Shown piece by piece: positions 38,350 to 47,272 of a stretch of DNA of 64,000 nucleotides; position 1 is the first letter of the stretch, and the number at the start of each line of letters is the position of its first letter. The notes beneath the pieces were generated by a model. That model worked only from the letters and a program-made list of their open reading frames with translations. It was not told the DNA's origin and ran no database searches. Source of the stretch: Candidatus Pseudoruminococcus merdavium. GTDB lineage: Bacteria > Bacillota > Clostridia > Oscillospirales > Ruminococcaceae. The position numbers and the translations under genes are program-made. The DNA lies in contig CAJFSS010000007.1 of assembly GCA_904419745.1 (NCBI GenBank), positions 1-64,000 of the forward strand, in the 5' to 3' direction.

Positions 38350-39309
38350 TCAGTATGGGATTTTCCCAATTTCTCTAATTTCCTGTTCAATTTGCTTTCT
38401 GCCCGAGGCAATATCTGTCTCCTGAAATTTTGCAGGGTAAATTTGGTACAGCCGTTTAAGTTTGGCCGGGGTGACTTTCTGCATCACCACATTTGCTCCA
38501 CAGGCAAATACCAGATCTTTACAACCAGGATCGAGTACGCCAAGGGCGGTTGTGGCAGGCAGGTTTGCATTTGGCAGTAACATGCGGGCGATCGCGACTG
38601 CCCGCAGGGTCAGTTCCGCACTCCCATGTGGCGCTGTCCCCAATGGAGTATCCGGATGGGGTAAAAAGGGGCCGATTCCCGCCATATCGCATCCGATCTC
38701 TTTGAGCAAAAGCAGATCCTGAGCAACTGTTTCCAGTGTCTGTCCGGGCAACCCAATCATAAAGCCACCGCCGGTTTCAAGCCCTGCACGCTTGATAAAA
38801 CGCTGGCAATCCACCCGGTTTTTGAGGGCCGAATCCGGATGAAGGGACTGGTACAACACCGGATCGGACGTTTCATGCTTCAGCAAATAGCGATCCGCAC
38901 CACATTCTTTAAAATAGGAATAGGTCTGCTCGTCAAACTCCCCACAGGAGAGCGTCACGGCAATACCGCATGGCTTGATTTTTCGGACAATTTCTCCAAT
39001 CATTGCAGGAGTATAATAGGGATCTTCCCCGGATTGCAGCACGATCGTGCGATACCCGGCCTCCTTTGCATCCAAGGCTGTTTCTACAATCTCCTGCGGC
39101 TGCATCCGGAAACGTTCCAATGCAGAGTTATTGCGGTTTAACCCGCAATAACGGCACTGCCGGCGGCAATAGTTGGAAAACTCAAGCAGTGCCCGAATAT
39201 GTACCCTGTCTCCCACATGTTCCTGGCGAATTCTATCCGCCAGGGCAAATTCCGCTGAAAAATCCTCCTTGCCAAGTAGAGAGACAATGGTATCTTTTGT
39301 AAGGTTCAT
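38350..39309 (-). CDS. hydE: [FeFe]-hydrogenase H-cluster radical SAM maturase HydE
   Basis: 319 aa with a biotin-synthase-like radical SAM core, CRRQCRYCGL, in the hydE-hydG-hydF context. Confidence 0.8.
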   Translation of the reverse strand: MNLTKDTIVSLLGKEDFSAEFALADRIRQEHVGDRVHIRALLEFSNYCRRQCRYCGLNRNNSALERFRMQPQEIVETALDAKEAGYRTIVLQSGEDPYYTPAMIGEIVRKIKPCGIAVTLSCGEFDEQTYSYFKECGADRYLLKHETSDPVLYQSLHPDSALKNRVDCQRFIKRAGLETGGGFMIGLPGQTLETVAQDLLLLKEIGCDMAGIGPFLPHPDTPLGTAPHGSAELTLRAVAIARMLLPNANLPATTALGVLDPGCKDLVFACGANVVMQKVTPAKLKRLYQIYPAKFQETDIASGRKQIEQEIREIGKIPY

Positions 39310-39569
39310 GCATTTTCTCCCGCCTTTTGATATACTGTTTTAACATTGATTCCCTCAACCATGCCAAGTTTTCCAGACATGGCGCTGATAGTATCATTGG
39401 GAGCATCAACTACCACGCAGATAATGCTGACGCCCCTGTCCCGGTAGGGAATGCCCATCCTACCCACAATGCAGGAAGAAAATTCATGTAAAATAGAGTT
39501 GATTTTTTCCGCCGCTTCCGGATTCTCCACAATAATGCCAATCAGAGCAATTCGTTTTCCCAGAACAAT
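39306..39569 (-). CDS. TM1266-family putative iron-only hydrogenase system regulator
   Basis: KRIALIGIIVENPEAAEKINSILHEFSSCIVGRMGIPYRDRGVSIICVVVD... matches the roughly 85-aa TM1266 family. It has no in-frame ATG, so the start is probably a non-canonical codon (CTG, GTT or ATT) after the ribosome-binding site GGAAAGGGGGAA. The ORF track's TTG at 39617 sits right after a terminator and is unlikely to be real. Confidence 0.6.
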   Translation of the reverse strand: MVLGKRIALIGIIVENPEAAEKINSILHEFSSCIVGRMGIPYRDRGVSIICVVVDAPNDTISAMSGKLGMVEGINVKTVYQKAGENA

Positions 39570-39613
39570 TCCCCCTTTCCAAAAAAACTTATACCAGAAG
39601 CTCCTGTAAGACA

Positions 39614-39648
39614 ACAAAAAAGCCGTGCCCCTTGTGAAAAGGCACAGC
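39614..39648 (-). terminator. Terminator separating the histidine kinase gene from the hyd maturase operon: GTGCC-ttttcacaag-GGCAC, then GGCTTTTTT in the transcript
   Basis: A hairpin followed by a run of six U on the minus-strand transcript. Confidence 0.6.
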
Positions 39649-39875
39649 TTAAAAATTCCATAGGCAAAAATGCCAAATGAACCGAATCTTAGCCGTCTTT
39701 CCCTTCAGGTGTCCCTTGTCAGTCAGAACGCTTGCTCTCTGGATTGTTCCCGTTTGCAGTTGGACGCATCCTTCCACTTACGGTTGTTTTTATTTTAACA
39801 GGCCAGCTTTCCTTTGTCAATCAGATGGAAATCCTGAATGGGAAATGATTCGGGAAATATTTGCGTTTTATCATA

Positions 39876-41354
39876 TCAACGGCCACCACCTGTATGTGTT
39901 GATTCTTGTGAACAAACCAGATGAAAATATATGTCCCTTTTTGTATCCAGCACAACCTCAAACTTTCCGGAAAAACGGAGTGTAATACATTTGCTAAACT
40001 CCCCTACTGTCCCATCAAATTCTGAAATCTTCATTGTAATGCCATTTGCCTGTAAAATTTCAAGCATATTGGCAATGCCTTCGCCTGTGCCTCCAGTAGT
40101 AAGCCCGCGTTCTCCAAAGTTTTCGAGTATAAAAGCTGGAAAAGGTTCTCCTGTATCATAAACATCGATTTCATAATATCCATCATCGGTAATTCCCATA
40201 TTGATCTCGACCGCTTCATCAAAGCGGATCTTTTTCCGCAGAATAGCGCGAAAAGCATTTGTCAGCAGATCTCCAAGCAATTCTTCTAACTTTAACTGCG
40301 GAATCAAGTGCCTTCGGAATAAATGCTGAGGGGAATCAAATACTCTTACATCAAAACTAATATCTTCCTTGTGAGCCCGTTCATAGTACTGTTCAAGCAG
40401 CGCATCCACAAATATAACTCCGGTTTTCGCCAGCGTGCTTGCCTGGAGAAATTCCCTCCTGCTCTCCTCCATCTGCTCTTCATATAATCTGTCAATTTCT
40501 TCCACAAGAGGGCGGAATTTCTCCAATATTTTAATATCCGTGGTTTTCCTTTTCAGTTCTTCTAAACTCGCGTCAAATTTCCGTTTCATTGCTGGAATAA
40601 ATTCTTTATAGTGGTGAACCTGGCTGCGTAATTTCTTGATTTCTATCAGCAATTTTTGTTTTTCTTCATTTTCTCTCCTGCGTTCCCACAACCACACAGC
40701 GAGTCCAATACAACTGACTACGGCCACTAAGATAAATGCAAGTTCTGCATGGTTTGCAGTAATAGAAGCAGGCATTACAATTACAAAATTGCATAGCATG
40801 ATAATACAGCACAGTATACTAAATGCAGTAAACCAATAGGGACGGACTTTTTTCTTTTTTTGTTTTCCCGTAATAAAACAGATTAGCAACATCTCTGCAA
40901 TATAAAACGTTTGGTTGAGCACCGCCGTCATTACCCAGTTACCCACAGGATTTATTGCATAAACAATGCCATAAGCAACCGATCCCAAAAGGATATTGGA
41001 AAACAGTGACAGAGTGTATAAATCAAAGTGCATCAAAATAGAATTTGTCATCTTTCCCCTGTGCCTGAGATGGTGGTAAATACCTGCTAAAATCATCACC
41101 AAAACTCCAACAAAGGCGACGGGGAAGACGTCTTCCAGTAGATAGGTTGCCGCAGTACATACGACAGCAATCACCAATGACTCCAACACCATTTTGGGGA
41201 TACTTCTAACAGTCCCCATGTAACTGAGAACTATAAATTGACAGGCAAAATACATGGTCATATGCTTCCACGCAAACAATAATTCAACCAAACTCAACAC
41301 TCCCCCACTTTTTCGGCATTCTCCATCATACCAGCAACACAGGGGGAAAAGCAC
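39876..41354 (-). CDS. orphan AgrC-like (HPK10 / GHKL) membrane sensor histidine kinase
   Basis: A polytopic N-terminal sensor domain, an H-box-like SQVHHYKEF, and a C-terminal GHKL ATPase with G-boxes (GERGLTTGGTGEGIANM). No response-regulator gene is adjacent. The start is uncertain; 41261 and 41255 are alternative start sites. Confidence 0.7.
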   Translation of the reverse strand: MLFPLCCWYDGECRKSGGVLSLVELLFAWKHMTMYFACQFIVLSYMGTVRSIPKMVLESLVIAVVCTAATYLLEDVFPVAFVGVLVMILAGIYHHLRHRGKMTNSILMHFDLYTLSLFSNILLGSVAYGIVYAINPVGNWVMTAVLNQTFYIAEMLLICFITGKQKKKKVRPYWFTAFSILCCIIMLCNFVIVMPASITANHAELAFILVAVVSCIGLAVWLWERRRENEEKQKLLIEIKKLRSQVHHYKEFIPAMKRKFDASLEELKRKTTDIKILEKFRPLVEEIDRLYEEQMEESRREFLQASTLAKTGVIFVDALLEQYYERAHKEDISFDVRVFDSPQHLFRRHLIPQLKLEELLGDLLTNAFRAILRKKIRFDEAVEINMGITDDGYYEIDVYDTGEPFPAFILENFGERGLTTGGTGEGIANMLEILQANGITMKISEFDGTVGEFSKCITLRFSGKFEVVLDTKRDIYFHLVCSQESTHTGGGR

Positions 41355-41735
41355 AATTAACTCTTAATTCTATATCTTTCAAAAAGAATTTCATCAAAAA
41401 GGATAACTTTTATCAGGTTACACCATTGCATTTAATCCTATTTTTACAATCTTTTATGTGACCCCGAGCCTGTTATCCTGTTTTGGAATGGGTTTTCTCC
41501 CTGTTCTATAAGAATACCGTAACACAGCAGAGAAATTTTTCCTGTTGTTTTTCGCGTATAAAAAACAGGAAATCCATTGCTTTTAAAACCAAAATGTCGA
41601 AAAACACGCAATTTTTAGTAATATCCAAACAAATATGTCGATTTTCGCGGTAAATTCCCAGACACACAAACAGCCCATTACGGCATATATTATGAGTACG
41701 GGACATATTTTCCCGAGGATACGGAGGAATGAACT

Positions 41736-42077
41736 ATGCGTTTTAATCATGACTGTGGCTGTCATTGTGGCTGTAGAGATGGCCATAAAAAAGAATGGAA
41801 CGACAACTATGAAAACCGTGGCAACTATGGAAATAATGGGATCCCTATCGGGTATCTCTATGCTCCAGTAAGCTTTTACAGCAATGCCTGTGATTCCGAT
41901 GACCACTGCGATTGCAAAAAGCACTGCGATTCTGAAAATAAATGGGATTATTGCAAAAAGCACTGCGATTCTGAAAATAAATGGGATTGCGGTAAAAAAG
42001 ACCATTCTAATGGCTGTTCCTGCGGCATTGCGTTTATTAAATGCTCAGACTGCTTTACCGACAGCTGCTGCCGCTAA
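41736..42077 (+). CDS. Cys/His/Asp-rich small protein with an internal 13-aa tandem repeat
   Basis: 113 aa, about 17 Cys and 7 His. Strong ribosome-binding site GGAGGAA. A 39 bp tandem duplication encodes CKKHCDSENKWD(Y) twice. A strong terminator follows the gene. Confidence 0.65.
   Translation: MRFNHDCGCHCGCRDGHKKEWNDNYENRGNYGNNGIPIGYLYAPVSFYSNACDSDDHCDCKKHCDSENKWDYCKKHCDSENKWDCGKKDHSNGCSCGIAFIKCSDCFTDSCCR
41911..41988 (+). repeat. 39 bp tandem direct repeat, two copies, inside the Cys-rich gene
   Basis: attgcaaaaagcactgcgattctgaaaataaatgggatt is repeated with period 39. Confidence 0.85.
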
Positions 42078-42140
42078 CGTTTGGCCGCCCGCCTTTGGGC
42101 GGTCTACTTAGACCGGACACAACCCATCCGTATCCATATG

Positions 42141-42178
42141 GTGCCGGAGACTTCTGTCTCCGGCACTTTGTGCTTTTT
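42141..42178 (+). terminator. Intrinsic terminator of the Cys-rich gene: GTGCCGGAGAC-ttct-GTCTCCGGCAC followed by TTTGTGCTTTTT
   Basis: An 11 bp perfect stem with a T-run. Confidence 0.85.
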
Positions 42179-42316
42179 AAAACATGGTCGTAGTATTTTT
42201 GAAATTTATCTGAAAAATAAGACTTTCCAGATTAGCTCACAATATAACAGAATATGCCAACAATCCAAGGAGATTTTTTACAAGTCAGAACGATTCTCTG
42301 TCAGTATATCATCAGC

Positions 42317-43936
42317 TTACCTGCCAGAGTTGGAACGATACTGGGTATGCGTTTTTCTTTTCCGGAATAATTTGTTTTGCATTCCACTCTTTAACCCTAA
42401 GATCCCCCGCGATGCGAGTAGGATGAAAAACGGCAAGTACAAAAAAAGATAACGTGAACGAGCCTCAAAAAGGAGTAAAAACAAAAACAATCCCAAAATA
42501 GACATCTGCATCACAAATTCCATCCCGATCCCCTTTTTACGGACACTAATAAAGGCATACCAGGCATTTCCGAATAAAAGAAACGCCCATATTGCATGCA
42601 GATACTGCCCATAATATTGTTGATAAAATGGGGTTTCACAATAGGTAAAATTCTGTAGCAGCCCTCGGACCCCCGTTTCTGTTTTGGGAATATCCCTATG
42701 GAAATGTCCTTCCCCGCCATAAAAGAAAGTCCCGTCTGTTGTAATCCAGATATATTTGTGATAGAGGTGTTGCAAAAAACCTGTAAAACCATAATCGGTC
42801 AAACGCTGGCGAATCACTAAGAGATTGTAAAAAATTTTTTCTTTCTTTCCTTGAATGGACTTTGTCGTATCCAAATCTTTCCCATAATAGGCGCCAAAAA
42901 GCCCTCCTTCATCATACAGGCCCATCATCATAAAATGGGTCATGGGGATTTCATTTTCATAAAAAAGCACCTGCTGGTTATAAGGACCCAGTATTTTTTC
43001 TTTTGCCAAGTTTTGTATTCCAATAACCATTCCCAAACCCAGAATGAAAGCGCCCACTGCACTGCTAAAACGAAGGAAAGCCGTTTTGTCCATTTTTCCT
43101 TTCTTTTTCAACAGCAACCAGATCCCGTATGCAATCCAGACGATCACTACCGTTGGTTTTATCCAATACCCCATTAATGTAGCGGCACCTAGGAAAAATG
43201 CCAATACTGCCTTTTTCCATAAAATCTGCTGTTCCCTGTACAGCAACAGGAAAAAGAAAATTGCAGCAGGAAACGGAAGCGCCATTGTGTCAGAGTAAGG
43301 GACTGTCAAATAGGGGGAAAGCCCTACCACAGAAATCATCAACACAAAAGACAGGTAATATCCTCTTGTGGGGAGAAGCTTTTTGCATGCAAGCATTCCG
43401 AAAACAATTCCCAGGTCCAAAAATAAGATATTAACCCCAATACAAACCGCCCAGACATTATAAATACCAAACAAATAGGCTAAATGATTCGCCGCTTTAT
43501 ATAGAAAGGCCAAAAGGATATTGTTGGGATAAGTCAAAAAATAAAAGGGGTCTCCCTCCGGATCCCCCTGCAACACAACCGTAGAACAATCCCACCCAAT
43601 TTCTGTATATGTATTCTTTGCAAACCAGAGCTGGAACAAAAACAGAAAGATAGTTCCAGCTACCATGATCGAAATTTTATGCTTGACGAAAAAAATTCTG
43701 CATTTCTTCCAGTGTGTGAGAAAAAATTCCCCTGCCCAAAGCAAAATGAAAAATAGCGCTATCCATATTAAAACCTGTACCTGGTCAATTGGCACAATTC
43801 TTCTATATTGCGAAGAGTTGAAAAACAAATTCCCGATGGACATCACCAGCAGTATAAGAACCCCCACCTCAAACAGACGCAGGCTTCCCACTCCTATCCT
43901 AGAAAACAGATGCTTATTTTTTCCCAATTTCTTCAT
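42317..43936 (-). CDS. polytopic GT-C-type membrane glycosyltransferase (GtrC-like acceptor transferase)
   Basis: About 540 aa with many transmembrane helices, encoded immediately downstream of a GtrA-GtrB-like pair. Confidence 0.6.
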   Translation of the reverse strand: MKKLGKNKHLFSRIGVGSLRLFEVGVLILLVMSIGNLFFNSSQYRRIVPIDQVQVLIWIALFFILLWAGEFFLTHWKKCRIFFVKHKISIMVAGTIFLFLFQLWFAKNTYTEIGWDCSTVVLQGDPEGDPFYFLTYPNNILLAFLYKAANHLAYLFGIYNVWAVCIGVNILFLDLGIVFGMLACKKLLPTRGYYLSFVLMISVVGLSPYLTVPYSDTMALPFPAAIFFFLLLYREQQILWKKAVLAFFLGAATLMGYWIKPTVVIVWIAYGIWLLLKKKGKMDKTAFLRFSSAVGAFILGLGMVIGIQNLAKEKILGPYNQQVLFYENEIPMTHFMMMGLYDEGGLFGAYYGKDLDTTKSIQGKKEKIFYNLLVIRQRLTDYGFTGFLQHLYHKYIWITTDGTFFYGGEGHFHRDIPKTETGVRGLLQNFTYCETPFYQQYYGQYLHAIWAFLLFGNAWYAFISVRKKGIGMEFVMQMSILGLFLFLLLFEARSRYLFLYLPFFILLASRGILGLKSGMQNKLFRKRKTHTQYRSNSGR

Positions 43937-44348
43937 CCTTTTTAAAAGCAAACAGTCGCTGGCCAAGATAATTTAATCCGGTAAACAGGCACATACCAAA
44001 CAACATGGATATTTGGTCAGTAATAGACTGTTCTAATGAAAAGCTTGACAACATCCAGTTTACTGCCGGCTGTGCAATACTATATGCAACCACATAGCAA
44101 ATCGCCACATTGAGTGCGAATTTCACTCCTGTTTTCACTACGGAATCCTTGTTCTGGAAAGTAAAATTTTTATTGAGTACAAAACTCAAAATGCTACCAA
44201 GCACATAGGAAATTGCAGAAGAACCCCAATACCCCAAATGGGCCAGATTGTACAATAAAAACATAGTAGCCGCACTAAACAGAGTATTCGCAATACCTAC
44301 CAGCATAAATTTTAAAAGCCTGTAGTCAAATAACTCCCGAATTCTCAT
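43914..44348 (-). CDS. gtrA: GtrA-family flippase-like membrane protein
   Basis: 144 aa with four transmembrane helices, matching the GtrA family pattern (LLKFMLVGIANTLFSAATMFLLYNL...). Confidence 0.8.
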   Translation of the reverse strand: MRIRELFDYRLLKFMLVGIANTLFSAATMFLLYNLAHLGYWGSSAISYVLGSILSFVLNKNFTFQNKDSVVKTGVKFALNVAICYVVAYSIAQPAVNWMLSSFSLEQSITDQISMLFGMCLFTGLNYLGQRLFAFKKDEEIGKK

Positions 44349-44351
44349 GTA

Positions 44352-45335
44352 TTACACATCCTTGTCCGTTTTTTTACTTTCCAGGTATTCCTGGATAATA
44401 AAGCGCGGACGCGCTTTGGTTTCCATATAAATTTTCCCAATATATTCGCCCACTATTCCAACGGAAACCATCAGCAGGCCTACCAGAAACCAAAGGCTTG
44501 CCATAATTCCAAATGCAAGGCTTGCCGTCCCAAGGCAGGCTTTGACAATCAGCCAGATCAACAGAACGATTCCAACCAGGGCAAGTAATATCCCCGTTGC
44601 GGTAATTATCCGGATTGGTTTGACACTCAATGAAGTAATCCCGTCCATGGCGAGAGCAAGCATTTTTTTCAATGGATATTTGCTTTCTCCTGCAAAGCGT
44701 TCATTCCGTTCAAACATCACATAATCTGTACGGTAACCAATCATAGGAATCAGTCCGCGCAAAAACAGGTTGACTTCTTTAAATTGAGCGAGCCCATGGA
44801 GGGCCCGTCTGCTCATCAAACGATAATCTGCATGGTTAAAGACAATGTCCGCTCCCATGAGATTCATCAAATGGTAAAACCCCTCTGCGGTAAACCGTTT
44901 AAAAAATGTGTCTGTTGCCCGTTTGCTACGCACACCATAGACGATATCACACCCGTCCAAATATTTATCGACCATTTCATCCATGGCGTTAATATCGTCC
45001 TGCAAGTCTGCGTCCATAGAAATCACCATGTCTGCGTCGTCCATTACTGTCATCAAGCCAGCAAGCAGGGCGTTCTGATGTCCCCGGTTCCGGCTCAGAT
45101 TAATCCCCGTAAACAATGAGTCGTTTTCATGAAATTCGCAAATCATCTTCCATGTGTGATCTTTGGAGCCATCGTTAACCAATACGACGCGGCTTTCTTT
45201 AGAGATCTTGTTCTGCTCCATAAGAAAAAGCATTTTCGATTTCAGGCGCCTTGTTGTTTCGGGCAAAACCTCCTGTTCATTATAACAGGGAATTACTACA
45301 TATAGTGTATTTTTCACTGCTGACACTCCTGACAT
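44352..45335 (-). CDS. GT2-family glycosyltransferase, GtrB / polyprenyl-phosphate sugar transferase-like
   Basis: 327 aa. An N-terminal GT-A domain (VVIPCYNEQE... DAD...) and two C-terminal transmembrane helices. Confidence 0.85.
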   Translation of the reverse strand: MSGVSAVKNTLYVVIPCYNEQEVLPETTRRLKSKMLFLMEQNKISKESRVVLVNDGSKDHTWKMICEFHENDSLFTGINLSRNRGHQNALLAGLMTVMDDADMVISMDADLQDDINAMDEMVDKYLDGCDIVYGVRSKRATDTFFKRFTAEGFYHLMNLMGADIVFNHADYRLMSRRALHGLAQFKEVNLFLRGLIPMIGYRTDYVMFERNERFAGESKYPLKKMLALAMDGITSLSVKPIRIITATGILLALVGIVLLIWLIVKACLGTASLAFGIMASLWFLVGLLMVSVGIVGEYIGKIYMETKARPRFIIQEYLESKKTDKDV

Positions 45336-45508
45336 CTTTACTATATCATATTGCCCATTTTTGCAAAACTTATCAATTGATTATAGCACGCGGGAATTGT
45401 TTTATCAATTACCAAGAAAGATAGAAGCGAATTTTCCCATGACTTCATGCATTTTCCGCAAAAATACACAATTAGGGGCACAGAAACAATTTCTGTGCCC
45501 CTCTCGCG

Positions 45509-46441
45509 CTATGCCTTTGGTGCTGTATTCCATTGAATTGTAATACAGAAATTACCCTCATCCAGGGTTGCATTCACTATATGTCCCATGTGTTCTACCA
45601 GCTTTTTGACAATACATAATCCCAAACCAGTATTCTGACCGGAACGCACTCTGTCGGCCATATAGAACCGGTCAAAAATATGTTCCATATCCTGTTGCGT
45701 CAAACCCGTAACAGGATTGCTAAACTGCGTCACCACAATATTGGCTTGCCGGTACTGCCGGATAGACAGTGCACCTTGCGCATGTTGCAGTGCGTTTTGT
45801 AAAAGGTTAGAAAAAATACGGACAACGGCATCTTTATCAGCTATTACCATTGGAAGGTCTTCCTCTAAGTCTGGATGTACTTCCAAATCCTGTTCCGAAA
45901 AAGCATTATAAAATCCAGCTATCAGCTCACAAAGCACTGCGTATAGATCCACTGGTCCCAGTGTAGTCTGATATTCCCCAGATTCCACACGGGATAAATC
46001 ATAGAAATTTGTAATGAGTGTTTGCAGGGCTTCTGAACGCTTTTCAATAATCTGCAGGTAAGAATTCCGCTCCTCTGACGTGCAGTTCGGGTCATGCAAC
46101 AACTGTAAATATCCTCGGATAGCGGTCAGAGGAGTCCGTAAATCATGTGAAATATTTGCAATTTGCCCCCTGAGCTGGCGCTCCTTATTGCGGTAGTCCG
46201 CATCTGCCGCCTGCCTTGCGTCCAGCACGGCATTGATTTGGATAAAGAGCCGCTCCAGCCCGCGATCCGGCGAGGTCAGCTGCACCCTGCCATTGGTATG
46301 GGTGACATTGATCCGGCGCAGCTGTTCTTCTGCGCTGTCGATATTTTTCTGTTTCAGCAGAAGCGCCACCACACAAATACAGAGCAGGACTGTCAGGATA
46401 ACCACTGCGGCTCCCATCATAAAATCCATTCCCCTTTCCAA
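45509..46441 (-). CDS. sensor histidine kinase (HisKA and HATPase_c)
   Basis: H-box ISHDLRTPL. N and G boxes are present. One or two transmembrane helices at the N-terminus. Confidence 0.85.
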   Translation of the reverse strand: MERGMDFMMGAAVVILTVLLCICVVALLLKQKNIDSAEEQLRRINVTHTNGRVQLTSPDRGLERLFIQINAVLDARQAADADYRNKERQLRGQIANISHDLRTPLTAIRGYLQLLHDPNCTSEERNSYLQIIEKRSEALQTLITNFYDLSRVESGEYQTTLGPVDLYAVLCELIAGFYNAFSEQDLEVHPDLEEDLPMVIADKDAVVRIFSNLLQNALQHAQGALSIRQYRQANIVVTQFSNPVTGLTQQDMEHIFDRFYMADRVRSGQNTGLGLCIVKKLVEHMGHIVNATLDEGNFCITIQWNTAPKA

Positions 46442-46483
46442 AGCCCATATCTTTTCCGGACGGGAGAGTCCCTTTTACAAAAA

Positions 46484-47272
46484 CTATTTGATCTCCTTTT
46501 TCCGGAAAACAAGATACCCGATGAGACAGGTTCCGAAAATCCAAAGCACGCCTGTCGCCCAGCTATGGGCAAACAGACCGGTGGAGAAAACGGTATCCAC
46601 TCCGGTAATATCTGCCGTTATGATACGCGTACTCCAGTCGCCGAGCACTTCCATAGGCAGCCACGCGTAGACAGAGGCAAAAAAGTCCGAAACATAAAAT
46701 TGCAGGATCTGAACCATCGGCCCGAGCAGAGCCAGAACCCCTGCATAAACAAAACTCGCGGCAGTAGAACTGCGGATGATGGAGAACAGCATGACAGCCA
46801 GGCTGATACCGGAAATCCAAATGGGAACGGCCCCGCCAAGATACGCCCAAAACCATTGCAGCACAAATCCGCTTTGCTCCGTCGACGGAGCAACCAGGAA
46901 CGCTGACAGCAGGAACACCCCTAAAATCACCGCGCCCGACAAACAGGTCACGAATATGCTGACAAGCAGTTTGCCGAAATACACCTGCCAGCGGGGAACC
47001 CCATAGGAGATGGCATTTTTTAAAGTTCCATGTTTATATTCATCGGAAAAGACAATATCCGTCGTAATAAGCATGAGATAGGTGACCGCAGGGAACATCA
47101 TCATGGCAATACTCAGCAGCCCGCCAAAATCAACCGGGTTATCAAAATGCTCGTTTGCAAAAAATGCCAGCAGGTTCACACCGGCACACAGCAGGCAACA
47201 GATCCCTGTAAAAATATAGAGATACTTGCGGTGAAAAGTTTTATATAATTCACTCTTAATATAATTAAGCAT
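46484..47272 (-). CDS. ABC-2-type transporter permease (lantibiotic or peptide immunity-like)
   Basis: 262 aa with six transmembrane helices. Overlaps the upstream ABC ATPase gene. Confidence 0.7.
   Translation of the reverse strand: MLNYIKSELYKTFHRKYLYIFTGICCLLCAGVNLLAFFANEHFDNPVDFGGLLSIAMMMFPAVTYLMLITTDIVFSDEYKHGTLKNAISYGVPRWQVYFGKLLVSIFVTCLSGAVILGVFLLSAFLVAPSTEQSGFVLQWFWAYLGGAVPIWISGISLAVMLFSIIRSSTAASFVYAGVLALLGPMVQILQFYVSDFFASVYAWLPMEVLGDWSTRIITADITGVDTVFSTGLFAHSWATGVLWIFGTCLIGYLVFRKKEIK

Noticed and set aside
39570-39617. A TTG start at 39617 for the TM1266 regulator, as given by the ORF track
   Set aside because: It lies immediately after a terminator hairpin and U-tract with no ribosome-binding site. 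The family's conserved N-terminus begins about 16 codons further in. The extra residues (LSYRSFWYKFFWKGG) look like translated ribosome-binding-site DNA.
41506-41706. A 66-aa minus-strand ORF upstream of the AgrC-like kinase, considered as a possible AgrD-like propeptide
   Set aside because: It has no AgrD-like amphipathic leader, Cys or Ser thiolactone core, or acidic tail. It overlaps the promoter and ribosome-binding site of the divergent Cys-rich gene. Its composition is implausible.
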